Positions 11,889 through 25,100 of a DNA stretch of 64,000 nt are shown in pieces. The DNA is taken from the NCBI GenBank assembly GCA_016748015.1, contig JAAOMT010000459.1, forward strand, positions 1 through 64,000, in the 5' to 3' direction. A model generated the notes under the pieces. It saw only the letters and a list, made by a program, of their open reading frames with translations, made no database searches and was not told the DNA's origin. Each line of letters begins with the position of its first letter. The stretch's first letter is position 1. This stretch comes from Geosiphon pyriformis uo1. Its lineage: Eukaryota; Fungi; Glomeromycota. Both the position numbers and the translations under genes were made by a program.

Positions 11889-14239
11889 AGAAGACAATAA
11901 TAATGTTCTCATGCAGGGAAGATAATAAATTCTTTACCCAGTTGTTGTTGTTGTTGTTCTTCTTCAGATTCGTTGAGAAAGAAATATCTTGTTTATTTTC
12001 TTGGTCGATGGGATGGACATTTCGGAGTGAGAGCAACACAAAGTAATAATCATTGGTAGTAGTGCGCGAGAAAGTGTACATATTCTATAAACTTCCCTGA
12101 CTTCCACTTTTCTTGTCACTTGTCTCACTTTTGTTTCTCGCGTATAGTTATTGTTCCTTACCTTTCTGTAATTGCTTTTCCCCTTAATCTGTATAATGTT
12201 TTTTTTGCACCTTTTACTCAGCTTTACATTTCCTTTATATAAATACCAACCAAACAACCCAAAACCGAATGCAGCAGCAACACCATAATCGTTTTTGTCT
12301 TTGCGAGCCACCGATTAGTCCGTCTCAGATCTTTGTTGTGGTATCTTGTACGCCCCCTCAACGTCCAAAGCCCTACAAAACGCGCAGGACGCGGCTGCCA
12401 TCTCTTGCATGCTCGCATAAATACATTTATAATCCATTCGCCTTTTAATCTTTTTGGTTGCTCAAAACTTGATTTAAAAAATCATGGGAAACCGCACCGA
12501 CACATTCTTTTGAAATTTATTCCTGCCAATTGGGTTTGGCTAATAATAATATCAATTAAAAAGTCAATCGATTTAAACAATTCTCTGATGGGAATCGTTT
12601 ATAATTGACTTCATTTCTTTAATATTTTTTAAAAATACCGTTCACCCAACCTGGACAACATCTATTCGGCATTCCTCTTGTACCTTGAAGCTATATTTGC
12701 TTCGTCCACCTTCGTAAGAGCCACATTTGTCAGTAGTTCAGTTAAAACTACACTGAATCACAGTATACTTGTTTAAATACTGATGTTCAGACCTACCCAC
12801 CATTGAAAAGCCGTATACACTATTATTTATCTAATAGATTGAAACGATCATTATTATCGATTGACCTTACAAACACTATCTTTTATATTTTTTCCGTTGC
12901 TACAAGGAACACCACAAAAAACTTTATTATTTCATTAAATGTAACTCCTTCATTGTTCAACTTAATCTTTTCACTCCTTTAGATTATCTTATCAAACTTT
13001 GAATTTTTTTTATGGTAAGGATTGATTCATTAGCCTTTCTTTCGATTTTTTATCTTGCCTGTTTACTATATCTCGTTCACTTTAATGTTTAGTCGTTCCT
13101 GTCTTTTCCCTTCTTCCTTAGTACTACCACCTTATAATGAGATTTACCGAATTATTACTACTACTGGCTCTCTTTCTATTTATCCGATTTTCCACATATT
13201 TCTAAAAAAAAATTCACTTTCTCAAACAAGCCTTATTGTTTTACCCTTTTCGTACCGAGATGTGGGTGGGTGGTTGGTTGGTTGGTTGGTTTTGAGATTT
13301 CTATTAAATTATAAAAATTCTAAGTAAATATAAATAGATTAAAAAAATAATTTCTACTATCCTTTAAAAAAATCAACAAACTTCTATTTCCCGATTTTAA
13401 AACGTTCGCAAATGGTCAAATCTTTTTTTCCCGACACAAAAAAAAACTTTCTTGAATATTTTTCGCTTTGTAGAATAGCACAGTAGTAATAAATGAAAAT
13501 ATATATATCACTTATTAGGTGTGGGAAGGGAGAGGTAATAAAAATGTCGTCAAAATTTTATTTTGCGTCACTCCTTGTATTTATAGACAAGATAAAACAC
13601 AAAATCCTCCTACTCTGTGTAAAAAAAGATTAATTACTTTACCCTTATGAAAGATGTTATCTTTTTACACTCAAAATTTTCCCTATTTATTTTTTGGTCT
13701 GATTGTTAGTCTTTATTTTAAAGAAATTCTTTTCTAAAAATCACTTTTAACTTGCCCTATTCACTACGAGAAAAGGTTTCCTCCTTGTTTTTCCATCTTA
13801 CTTATGTATGTAAATCATAATCATCAAATCTACATATACATCACATTCAAATTATACTATCTATTTATAAAATAATTTAGTTAATTGCCTATCGACATTT
13901 CAAACAAGTGTTTGATGTTTATGAATGTGTCAGGTTTATGAGTGAAATGAAGTTCTGTACAAGGAATTTTGGTGATGTTCATGATTAAGAACAGGTTTAT
14001 TTGATAGGATCAACTTTACCCATATTTCGGTGAGAACGCGAATTTTCAACTTGATTAAAAAAGAGACCACTGATAATAAAGCTTTTTAGGTGAAACCTGG
14101 GCCACTTTTCTAGTTGTTTAGTAAGGGAAGCCTCTTCTCCGAATTACCATGATGCGAGGTTAATTGTTGGATCAGCCATTATTAATGATTGTCATGTGGC
14201 TGAATATAAAGATGCTAATCCATTCTTTGATTTTTTTAA

Positions 14240-16550
14240 AATATATATATAAATTAAACCAAATTAATTTCAGGTTATTTTAAAATTTACTGATTAAAAC
14301 ATAAATTTATATCTCATTTTTAAATTAATTTAATTTAATCTGTTTTTGTTTATAAAAATATTTATTATTGATTTTTATAAATAATCTGATTTTTAAAACT
14401 TCGTTATTAAACCAAAATTATTGTTAAAATATGTAATATTAAAATTAAATTAAATTATATAATTTATGTAGTTTCAATATACAACCAGTTATCTAAACCT
14501 GAGTTAATAAAATATTATTTTTTTACCAATTGTAATTTATATATAATATACATAAAATAACTTTTAATAAACTAAGTAGTACATTAAATAGTTTACTTAA
14601 AGACTTTAAGTTTATTAAAAATTTCTAATAAGTTTTAAAAACATAGTAATTAGTTTGTTTAAAATTAGCTTTTAAATTTTTTAAATAAATGTGTTTTTAT
14701 AAAAAAAATTTTAGTCTTATAAAAAAAGCATTAATATTAATAATTTTTAAATTATATAAGTAAAAAAATAGTAATCAACATATATTCTATTGGTTTAATT
14801 AAATTTATTAGAAAAATATTATTTAAGTTGTTTTTAAATTATATTTTTTTAATATATAACTTAAAAAATATTAAAATAATAATTTTTAGTGCTTAAAAAC
14901 ATATTTATAAGTGCTCTAATTTCTATTATTGTTTTAATAATAAAAAATATTTTAGAAAAACTATAAATTTTGGTTGGTATTTTAGAATATATATAAAACA
15001 TATAATTTTATAAATTGGCTGTATTTAACAATTTTAGTTTTATTAACAATTATAAAATGTATAATAGTTTTAATCAAAAGATTTTTTTAAAAAAAAAATT
15101 TTTATGATTTTTTAATATAAAATAAATTTATTATATATTATTAAAATAAATAAAATTGATAATATTTTTTATTTAATTAAAAAAAAATCAATTAAATTTT
15201 TTTCTAATTTGGTATTAGAAAAAACTGTTTTTAAAAAACAATTTTGTTACTTGGTGTTTTTAGTTTTGTAATTTATAATTTATAAATAATTTTGTGTTTA
15301 AAATATTTGTAAAACATAAAATTTAATAAATAAAAAAAATTTAAGATTTTTTAAATAAAAACAAATTAATATTAATAATTAAGTTTTTTTTTTAAACTGT
15401 AGAATTTAATTAACAAATATTAATATTAATAATAAATGTTTTTATTTATTTTTGTCTTTTGGTGTTTTTAATTTTAAGCTTATTAATATAATATTTATAA
15501 TATACAAAGTTTATTTAATATTATATTATGTTTAAATAAGTTTATAAACTTTAAATTTAAATTTTTACAAATAAATCTTTTATATATTTTGATTTATTAA
15601 ATATAAAATATAATATTATTGTCTTTTTAATATAGTAAACTTGAATATTATTATTATTATTATTTAATTTTTATTAAACTATAAATAATTATTTTAATAT
15701 TAAAATATATTTTTGTTTTTATTTTATTAATATTGTTTTTAATAACTAAGTTGTTTTATATAAATATAACTCAAATTATAATAATTAAAATTTTAAGTAT
15801 TGTAAGAAATATTGAATAAAAATCTTTAAATTTTGGATTTTATTAAGATTAAAAACTTGAATATAAAATAATTTAAAGTTAATAAACATTTAAAATTTAA
15901 AAAAACAAAATATTTCAAATTTTTTATTTTTGTAAAACATTTTGTTTTAACTGTATTTTAAATAGTAATTATTATTTTATATAATATTTAATTGAGTTTA
16001 TTAATTATATTAATTGAAAAATTTTCTGTATTGCTAAGTATATAAACAGAAATTTTGTAAGTAATATTAATTAAATTATTATTGTTATAATTTAATATCT
16101 TAATAATTTTATAGTTTTTGGTTTTAATAATATAAAAACGTTAAACTTATTATATATATAATATAAAATATTACATAAAAGACTATCTGTAATAATTAAA
16201 AAGCAACATTATAATTTTAAATATTTGAATATTTTTTGTATTTGTTTTTAATTACATAAATTATTAATGTTTTTTTAGATAATTCAAATACATTTGCAAT
16301 TTTTTTAAAATGTGTAAGAATTTTGTATTTTATATGTTGTCAAAAATTTTAAATTTTAAATCTATACTAGTAAAATATTAAGTTTTGGTAAAAATGTTAA
16401 TATAATACTATTTAAAATTGTAAATGGCTTTTGAACTGATCTTTTTAACTGTGAATTTTTTTAATTTTTTTGTAAATTTGCTTATATAATTAAAAAATAT
16501 TTATATGCTGATTAGTATTAAGTAGTAATTAAACTATACTTATTATGCAT

Positions 16551-16601
<51 letters not shown>

Positions 16602-16920
16602 TAAGTAATTTAGTTTTAAATTGGTTTTATTAAAAACCCAATTACAAAATTTGGTTTGTTTAATAGAATTTATTGTTAAATCAATTGGCTATTTAATGAT
16701 ATTAGTTATTTTGTTATTATTTATTAAAAATACTTTACTTTTAAATATAAATTAATTTTTAAAGCACAGATAAAAAGTTTTAAGTAGTTTTGTTAAGGAT
16801 TTAATTAATATTAAGAGAAAATATGAATTAATTCGCTTTAATAATAGTAAAATGAAAGATGTTAAAAATAATGTTTTTAATAAGATAATTGTGCTTTTGA
16901 AGTTATAAAGCTTTAATATT
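14240..16920. other. ultra AT-rich block, including (AAT)n at about 16552-16596
   Basis: For example, 15841-15900 has 5 G+C in 60 nt. Confidence 0.85.
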
Positions 16921-17099
16921 TAAGGCTAAGCCTAAATGGCTGGTTACGTGTTAAAACCACATGATCCATGTTTATAGTTAATACAAGCACTATAATTAAA
17001 ATAAATAGTGAAAGGAGCACACTTTGTTATAGTAATAAAAAAATAAAATAGTTAAAAAGTTACCTTCTTGAAAAAAAATTTGAGATTATGACAAATGAG

Positions 17100-17665
17100 G
17101 AGAATTAAGTATATACTATTTGGAATTTGGCAACTTCCAAACTCATAGTGTTGGGTTTATTAAAAAATCCTAGAAATCGTAAAGAAAATACGTAATTATC
17201 TCTTTAGAATTACAAAATAAAGTGTTAAAATATCGGGAGAGAATTCAGGCCGAGCGATTTTTAACTTTTTTTGTTTATGTAACTTTCTTGAGCTTTTTTT
17301 GGGCCTGTACAACATGATTGTTCGAACACTTTTGATAAAGATTGATAGCCTCAACAATATTCTGCTGCGTACCAATTACTTTCTCATAAAAGAGGCCCAA
17401 ATTAAACTGACCAATTTAGTTTCCGGCATCCGCTGCTATTGAATAGTATTCAAATGCTATTTCTGAATTTCTCGTCGTTCCTTCTCCATTAGCATAACAA
17501 AGTGCAAAATTTTATTGTGTATCTGTGTGTCCTGCCTCGGCAGCTATTGAATAGAGTTCAAATTCTTTTTCTGAATTTTTTGTCGTTCTCCATCCATTTT
17601 GCTAACAAAGTTCAAGATTGTATTGTACATGTGTATTACCCGCCTCAGCAGTTTTTGAATAGAAA
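17100..17665 (-). pseudogene. SEL1/TPR-repeat gene 3' fragment plus 3' flank; paralogue of 30033-30900
   Basis: Minus-strand repeats such as LCYANGEGTTRNSEIAFEYYSIAADAGN, with frameshifts. The flank 17100-17262 matches 30033-30190. Confidence 0.8.
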
Positions 17666-18736
17666 TTTAATAATAAACTTTTAATTTGGTAATAGATTAT
17701 GATAAAGCTTTGAATTACAAGTTTTGACTAATTAGTTGATATTTTTCTTTTACATACTTTATTAAGCAACTCAAACATCTTGTAAAATATCTTCCCTTCA
17801 TTATAAAACCTTTCAATTCTGAAAAGTTTTTTCGATCCGGTTTTCTATATTTCTCTTGACTATGGTCTACAAAAAAATTTAGGTAAGGAATTTCACTAGA
17901 ATGAATTTAAATTAGAAAGAGTATAAAAAATTTATATGATATGAATTTTATCCAAAGACTTTTTTTACATACTCTATATTGATATCAACTAATATAAAAT
18001 AATATTTTGATTCATTAGTAACTTTTAACATTATTTCAAAAGTTTTACTTTTTTTTTATTTTAATAAAACTTATAATTTTTTAGTAAATCAAATAGTTCT
18101 TAATTAAGAGGACTACTAAATTAGAATAGGTTTCTTTAAATTTTTTTTAGATTTAACCATGCTTTGATTTCGACTGCTGTAACGAAAATAATTTTCATGC
18201 ACGATTTTATCGGCTGTGAGGAGTTAACTTGTGTTGGTGGCCAGGACGATAAATTTCCGGAATCTTGCTATTATTGAATGTGTGAACATCAGTTACTGTG
18301 TGATTACAATGACTGTTGCGGCAAAAGTACTTAAGGACTTCATAGTTCAATTTTACAGTGGATAAACAAAAATGGGTGACGGTAGAGGTTTCGTGATATT
18401 GGTGTGAATAAAATAACATTTATTTATCACTCTTTTTGAAATTTAGAAACGCCACAAATTTTGAAAATACTGTTGCTGTCATTATTCTCTGCTAGGGACT
18501 ATAGTTAATGTGGAAAAATCAAAAATTATATATAAAATAAATCAATTAATTAATTTTTTAACTATGTGAATATTGAGAAACAACTTAAATAGGAACTCCT
18601 CATTTAAATTACTTATAAACTTAGTATTAATAGAAAAATTAATAGAAGCTCTTAAAAAGTTCATTTTGAATATATCCTATTAACTTTTTATTTTTTATCC
18701 GCATTTATCCTTTGTCCTTTATTCTTTATCCACATT

Positions 18737-19270
18737 ATGGAAAATAAAGTTATTAAAAGAATTCGTTCATATGCTTATTATTACAACCTGTGTTCGTCTC
18801 TCTGTCAAGAAAGCACTCAAAAACAATAAAAAAAATTTGTGTGTGGTATACAGTTCATATGTTTTGAAAAACTTTAAAAAGAACTTGATGAAATAATTAA
18901 GAATCTAATCTATATTCGACCTAATAAAAATTAGTATTATAATTATAGATTCTATAGGAGCGTTTGTAAAATATCAAGGAAATTGCTAGAGAAGGGTTCG
19001 GTATAATTTATAAAGCAACCCTAATTGATGGATTGATAAAAATACTGGATAGAATGCTCGTTTCCTAAACAAGTCGTCGGAGGTTAAAATCCTTTGATGA
19101 ATTTCTTTGAGTAAAAAGTGAAGATAAAGAGGAGGAGAGCAGTTACTATAAAATATTATGATTCAATGAAATAGAAAGGAGGAAGAACTAATTTGGTTGG
19201 AAAAAAAGGTTTATGAAGTAGTAATAAAAATTATGAAAAACAAACAGTTTAGAAGTGATTAAAAATGTCA
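18737..19270 (+). pseudogene. N-terminal relic of a TKL-type protein kinase (family expanded in AM fungi)
   Basis: NIKEIAREGFGIIYKATLIDG (Gly-rich loop) at about 18970-19035, surrounded by stops. Confidence 0.65.
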
Positions 19271-21000
19271 TCAAAGATTATTATTTACATTTATATTTAA
19301 TTCATATTTACCTATCATTTATTCACTTAATTCATCTTTTTTTACACTATTGTTAATTTAATATTCAAAAAGCTATCATAATTAATATTATTAATAAGAA
19401 CAGGATAATTAACCTAAATTAATTAATTTAATTTAACAATTAATAACCATTATTAGAAATTGAATAATTAATAAAAACCAATTACAATTTAACTTAAAAA
19501 ATTTTTGCAAATAAAAACAATATATAATTTAATAATAACCAATTTTATTATGCTTTAAAATATTATTATTAACTAATAAAAAAGATTTAAATTAAAAATT
19601 GAATAGTTTATAAAAAATAACATCTCAAATAAACAAATTCAATTAATTTTATATTAAATATATTTTACATGTTATTATTATTATTATTATTATTATATAA
19701 ATTCAAACTAGTTTTAAATTCAAAAACATAGATATTTAATACAAATTTATATTAAAATTATGAAATTCATTAAAGTAATTATTAATTTTTTTTAAAAATT
19801 TACATATTATTTTATTTTTTAATTTTCTAACTATTAAAATATATTTTATAATTACAATTATTTTTAGTTTAAAAAACCATCTAAAATAAAAATTCATAAA
19901 ACTATTTATTTTAGTTTAATATGAAATTTATAAATTTTATTAATAGTAAGCTAATACGATATATTAAAAAAAAAACAATAACAAAAAATATGTGTCTTAA
20001 AAATTACAAATTCAAATTAAATAAATTTAGCTTTATTTAAATAAAAAAATTATAATTAAAAACTTTATTATCATTATTTATCAGAATTATTTTTTTTTAT
20101 TTTTTATTTTATTAAACAATCAAATTATTAATTGTTATTTGATAAATTTTATTTTCATAATTATTTTAGCTTATTAATATTTCGTCTTATTTATTTGTTA
20201 ATATTATTTTTTATAATTTATTATATTTTTTGATTTTGAATTATTAAATAGCCAATTAATTAATTAATTTTAATTTTAATAATAATTTTTTTGCCAATAT
20301 GTAATATATGTTTTGAATTGTGGTTTTGTTATATATTTCTTGTACAATATATAAAAGTTGAGTTTGTAATATATTTATGTATAAAAACTTATTCATAATA
20401 TTTTATCAATAAATAATTTTTTTTTATTTTTACTTTGTGATGAAATTTCAATGATTTTCGAATATTATCTTATCAATAAATATTTTTTGATATTAATTAT
20501 TAAATATATATCTGTATTCATGTTTTATTATTTTAATATGCTATTTTATAAAGTATTAGCATTTTAAAAACATAATTTTTTATATTTTTTTTATATGTTC
20601 TTGTATTTGTCTTTAGGCTTCAAGTTTTGTATTAAACAAAAATTACTTACTAAAAAACTGTTTACTAATGTATAAATTGGTAATGTAATTATGATTGACA
20701 ACAAAATATCTTTCTTTATTTATTTTAAAAACTTTTTACTTGATTTTTTCTTTATACACTGTATATTCACTTTAAAAAAAAATATTTTTTTGTTTCACTT
20801 TCTATCATGTTTTACAAACAATATTTTATAAAAATATGTTTACCTAATGATTGATATTTTTTAAAAAAATAAAATTGATTATTTTAAACAAAAGTCTTCA
20901 AATAGGACATTATAAAGTTTTTAAAAGAATGCAATCTTAAACGTTTCAATAAGGTAAATCAACATATTAAATGTTTTGATAACATTTCTGGTAAGCAAAA
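19270..21000. other. ultra AT-rich block
   Basis: Base composition by eye. Confidence 0.8.
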
Positions 21001-21099
21001 AAAGACAAGATTGCTTTTTAAAAAATAAAAAATTTAACTAAAATTTTTAGATAAAAATGCAGAAAAATAGAGACCCAGGAATCAATGAAAAGATTATTC

Positions 21100-21996
21100 A
21101 ACGTTATAAATTTGGGGTTTTTCATCCATGGTTAAATACTTTGGTACTTCTCTTAATCCAAAAAATATAGTTTTTAATAGAGATACATTTGTACAAGCTA
21201 AACGAAATTGACAAAAAAAAGATTCGAGGATACATGGAAACCATAAATGTTGCTAAAATCGCAAAATGCTTGGGAAGACCACAGATTTACTGGTAAGAAA
21301 AAATGAAAAGTGCCACTCCGTGAAATTGTCAACAATTTAGGTCTTAAATACAGTCTGTCAACTACTGCAAATGTACTGTACAACTCCCGACTCACGTATC
21401 GCGGCAAAAAAAACCTTATATCCCAGAAACACATGCTTATGCTCGTTAGGCGGTGCGAGGAAAATAAAAATAAACCCGCTTAGGATTGGGTAAAAATTAT
21501 CTTCTCTGATGAGACGAGTGTGGAAATTAGGAAGCAATCACGACAACCAAGACTTTGGCGGCACACTGGAGAAATGTTTAATGCTAATTGCTTCGTGCCT
21601 AATTCAAAAGTGGACGAAAATCCATAATGGTTTTACAGGAGGATTAAAAGAACCATGAGTAATTGTGATGAATATAAAATAAATAAATGCAAATACTTAA
21701 CTTGAAATCTTAAAACCAACTTGTTTCCATTTCAGAACGCTGCACAAGATAACGTGTCGATCGAAAATAAAATTACGACTATAAACTGGCCGGCAAATTC
21801 GCCAGACCTGAATTTGATTGAAGCTATTGAAGGACAATATCCAAAAACATCAAGTCTTTCTGAAGTCTGTGGTCGAACTTAAGATTGCACTAAAGAAGGA
21901 ATGAGAGAAATTTCTATTCTCGAAAAGGTTATTGCCTCAATGCCAAGGAGGATTGAAGCACTATTAAAGTTAAATGGGGGCCGACAAAAGTATTAA
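21100..21996 (+). mobile_element. Tc1/mariner (DDE_3) transposase relic
   Basis: DWVKIIFSDETSVEI, SGRKSIMV, NWPANSPDLNLIE and MPRRIEALLKLNGGRQKY*, with stops and deletions. TIRs not identified. Confidence 0.85.
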
Positions 21997-24900
21997 TTAG
22001 ATATAATTTTTTATTTGGTTAAAAAATAAAGTAAAATCAAAAATTTTTGTGTCCAATGTTGAAATTTCTTGACTTCGTAAAATAGTTTTGAGATAAGTTT
22101 TATTAATACAACTGGCTTCCCAAATATTTTCAATGCTTACAAACTCTTTCATGACAAAGAACTTTTGCCTTTAGTCGATAATAACTATATATTGAGAAAA
22201 TCTTTTTCTTGTTTTTCGCATTATCAATTTAATTGCAATCAAATCAAACATTCAAGTGCTGAATTCTCAATAAACTTGGCAAAAAGGAAGCTTTACACTT
22301 AGAGATAATAACTGATATTAAGAATTAAATCTCCTAATATCCCTCATCACCATCAACTCTTTACAAATCAAATTCTTTGAAATCCAACTTTAACTCATTT
22401 TGTACGTAGATTGATGTACATGTATAAACTCAATTTTAGTCTTGTCATTTTTGGAGGTGTTTCTAATCAAGAAATCTTGTCAAGAATGCTTTAGAGAATT
22501 ATTGGCGAGCAAGCAAAAAGGTGAAGTAACTCGTGCCTTATCACTTCTCTTACTAGTGGATCTAATTTCTTGATCCGGAAAATTTATTTTTAAAGTCTAT
22601 TAGTTCGAGTGATAATGATGCCAGATTGAACCTAATGACATTTGGAGCGATTCGAGAGGAAAGATTTTTTGTGTCAGAATTTCGATACACTATATTGCTT
22701 TTGTGTGGTAAAGGTTAATGGCAAGTGTTTAAGCTTTCAATTTGTCATTCTTTTCGAGATCTTCATTTTTGCAGTATAGGGTATACTTTTCAAATTTTTA
22801 CCCTCGATCTTTATCAATTATCCATATATCACTAGGGATGAATTTTTTGTCTTTCGTTGTTACTGGATATTACTTGAGAAATTTTAGCATTATTGGAGAG
22901 CTAATTTGAACGAGGCAAGTTTTCAAAGTTTTTTTTAATGTGGTCACCATTGAATCAAAAAGCACAATATTTCGCGTTATAGATTATCCCAGATATCTAA
23001 TTATATTACTAATACCAGAACAGAAAGGCGGATGTCATGTAAAACATCAATATTAATTAGTACTAGGCATTGCTAAGTAAAACAACCGGGAATTCAACAT
23101 CAGCTACAAGTCTTGGATGTATAGGCCTCATTTGGATGACAACACGGACTCCCAACTACTCAGCCTTGGCAATAAGACGTTGAAGGAAACGGTAATAAGC
23201 AGAGCATTTTCCTTCCGGACAGTCTTTGGCGTAGTTTTTCTCGTCATGTCGGACACCTGAAATGGCGGGATGGTATTGCATCAAATTCGCGAGTGAAGAA
23301 TAGGATCACCTTTCTGTGGATCTCAGTCTGCGGATGCACAATACTTCGTCTTATTTGCAAGACTGCTTTGAAGTAGAGACAGTCCGTTTGTCCTTTTTCG
23401 AAATTAGGTTATCCATATACTTGTACAAGGGAACAATTCGTGTGATGATCTATTTTACTCACAAATTTAGAGGAGGAATACAAATTGAAGGGTTTACAAA
23501 GGCCAGGATTAATAGAGACTGTATGGACGGAACTATCCGCTCGGGTTTTGTAGAATTCTCTTTGCATCTCATAAAGGTCCATTCGTTGGTTTTTCGAAAA
23601 TATGTAAGTTTGCCGTTAGATTAAACTTGTGCGGATAGAGCCATTTATTTTTTTTGTCTTGGTTCAAATTTAAAGACCATAGCATAAAACCAAAAATGTA
23701 GCTCCAGAATTTTTTTCCAAGAAACTAAAATTTTGACCTTGTCAATGTCCATAATAGTGTGATACAGTGAATTACGCAATTGGAAAGAAGGATGTGTACT
23801 ACGTCTAATAATTTCTTTTCATGTTGTAACAAGAGCAACCTCGTAAAAAAAATGCCGAGACGGACAACGTTTCTGCAAAACTTTCGTCAGCTCAGATAGC
23901 TGAAGCATCATGAAAAAGAAGACGTTTTTGTTGAAACGTCATAGGCTTCAGCCATTTCTTTTCCGTAATGCCATTTTGCTTTTTTAACAACACCTTTTGT
24001 TTCACCCACTAGGTTTTAAAGGTAGAACTCGCCAACCCCATCCATCGCTTCGATAACTGCTTTTGATGGTTGCCGGGACCCAACTTCACCAGCAACCTGC
24101 GGTTGAAATTTTCTCCGGAGCGTCATCTTTTTTTGTGTGATGCTATTATCCTGATTTTCGTCTTGCACTTTTTGTATTTAGCTGCTTGCTGTCCTTGTTT
24201 TCATTGTCGAAGAGAACACGAGTTTTGCGGAATAGAAAGAGATGTATTGGAGCAGGTCAAAGGTTAAGTGCCAGAGAGGGTCGCGATAGGTAACCACACC
24301 TGAAACCACTCTGACTTGCCCGTTCTAAGTCCTGATTGTTTGAAGTTGACACCTGAGCTAAGAAAAGTTCGTAGGTTGGAAATCGAAAGAGGAAATGCTG
24401 CTTTTTTCGTCCGAGATCCCCTTTTTGCTTCGCGCTAGAGGCAGGGTGTAGATGCCTTTGGGGAAAGGAAAAAGCTTAGATAGCAAAAAAGGAGGTCTAA
24501 TTTCATTGATCATTATTTTATTGTAAAAATTTTCAGTACAACTATTTTTATTGCTCTTTCAAATTGAGACCACACGATGTCTTGTTACACTCAACCACAT
24601 GATTGAATTTAAATACTTTGTACAACTCATTGTATTGAGGTATGCGGATTTTTGGTAAAGTAAAAAGATGTAACCTCGCGAGAGGAAAATTTAAATACAA
24701 GGAACTGAAAAATACATAGTGTATCAAGAGAAAAAAGAAAATGCAAAGTCACTCGTCAAACCCTAATGCTAATCAGATCGGTGACCAAAAATGAAATTTG
24801 GTAATTAATACATACGAACCCGAAAAGTTCTCTGCCAAAACCCCCAAAAAGAGCAGTGTTGCTGAAAATTGTTCTTTGGTTGAAATTATCACCCATAAAA

Positions 24901-25100
24901 AGCTAGGATTTATCGTAAAAAGGAAAAAGAAGGCAGAGAGCAGAACTATACAGAGCGAAATGCAAAATCAAAAGGAGTGAAGGAAAAATCTCACCCACCA
25001 AGACAAATGAATTTCCTTAATACATTGGATTTGTTCAAATCTTTTCTCCAACTTCCTTTTTCGCCCTATAAAAGATAATTTCCTTAGTGTTTATCAACCA

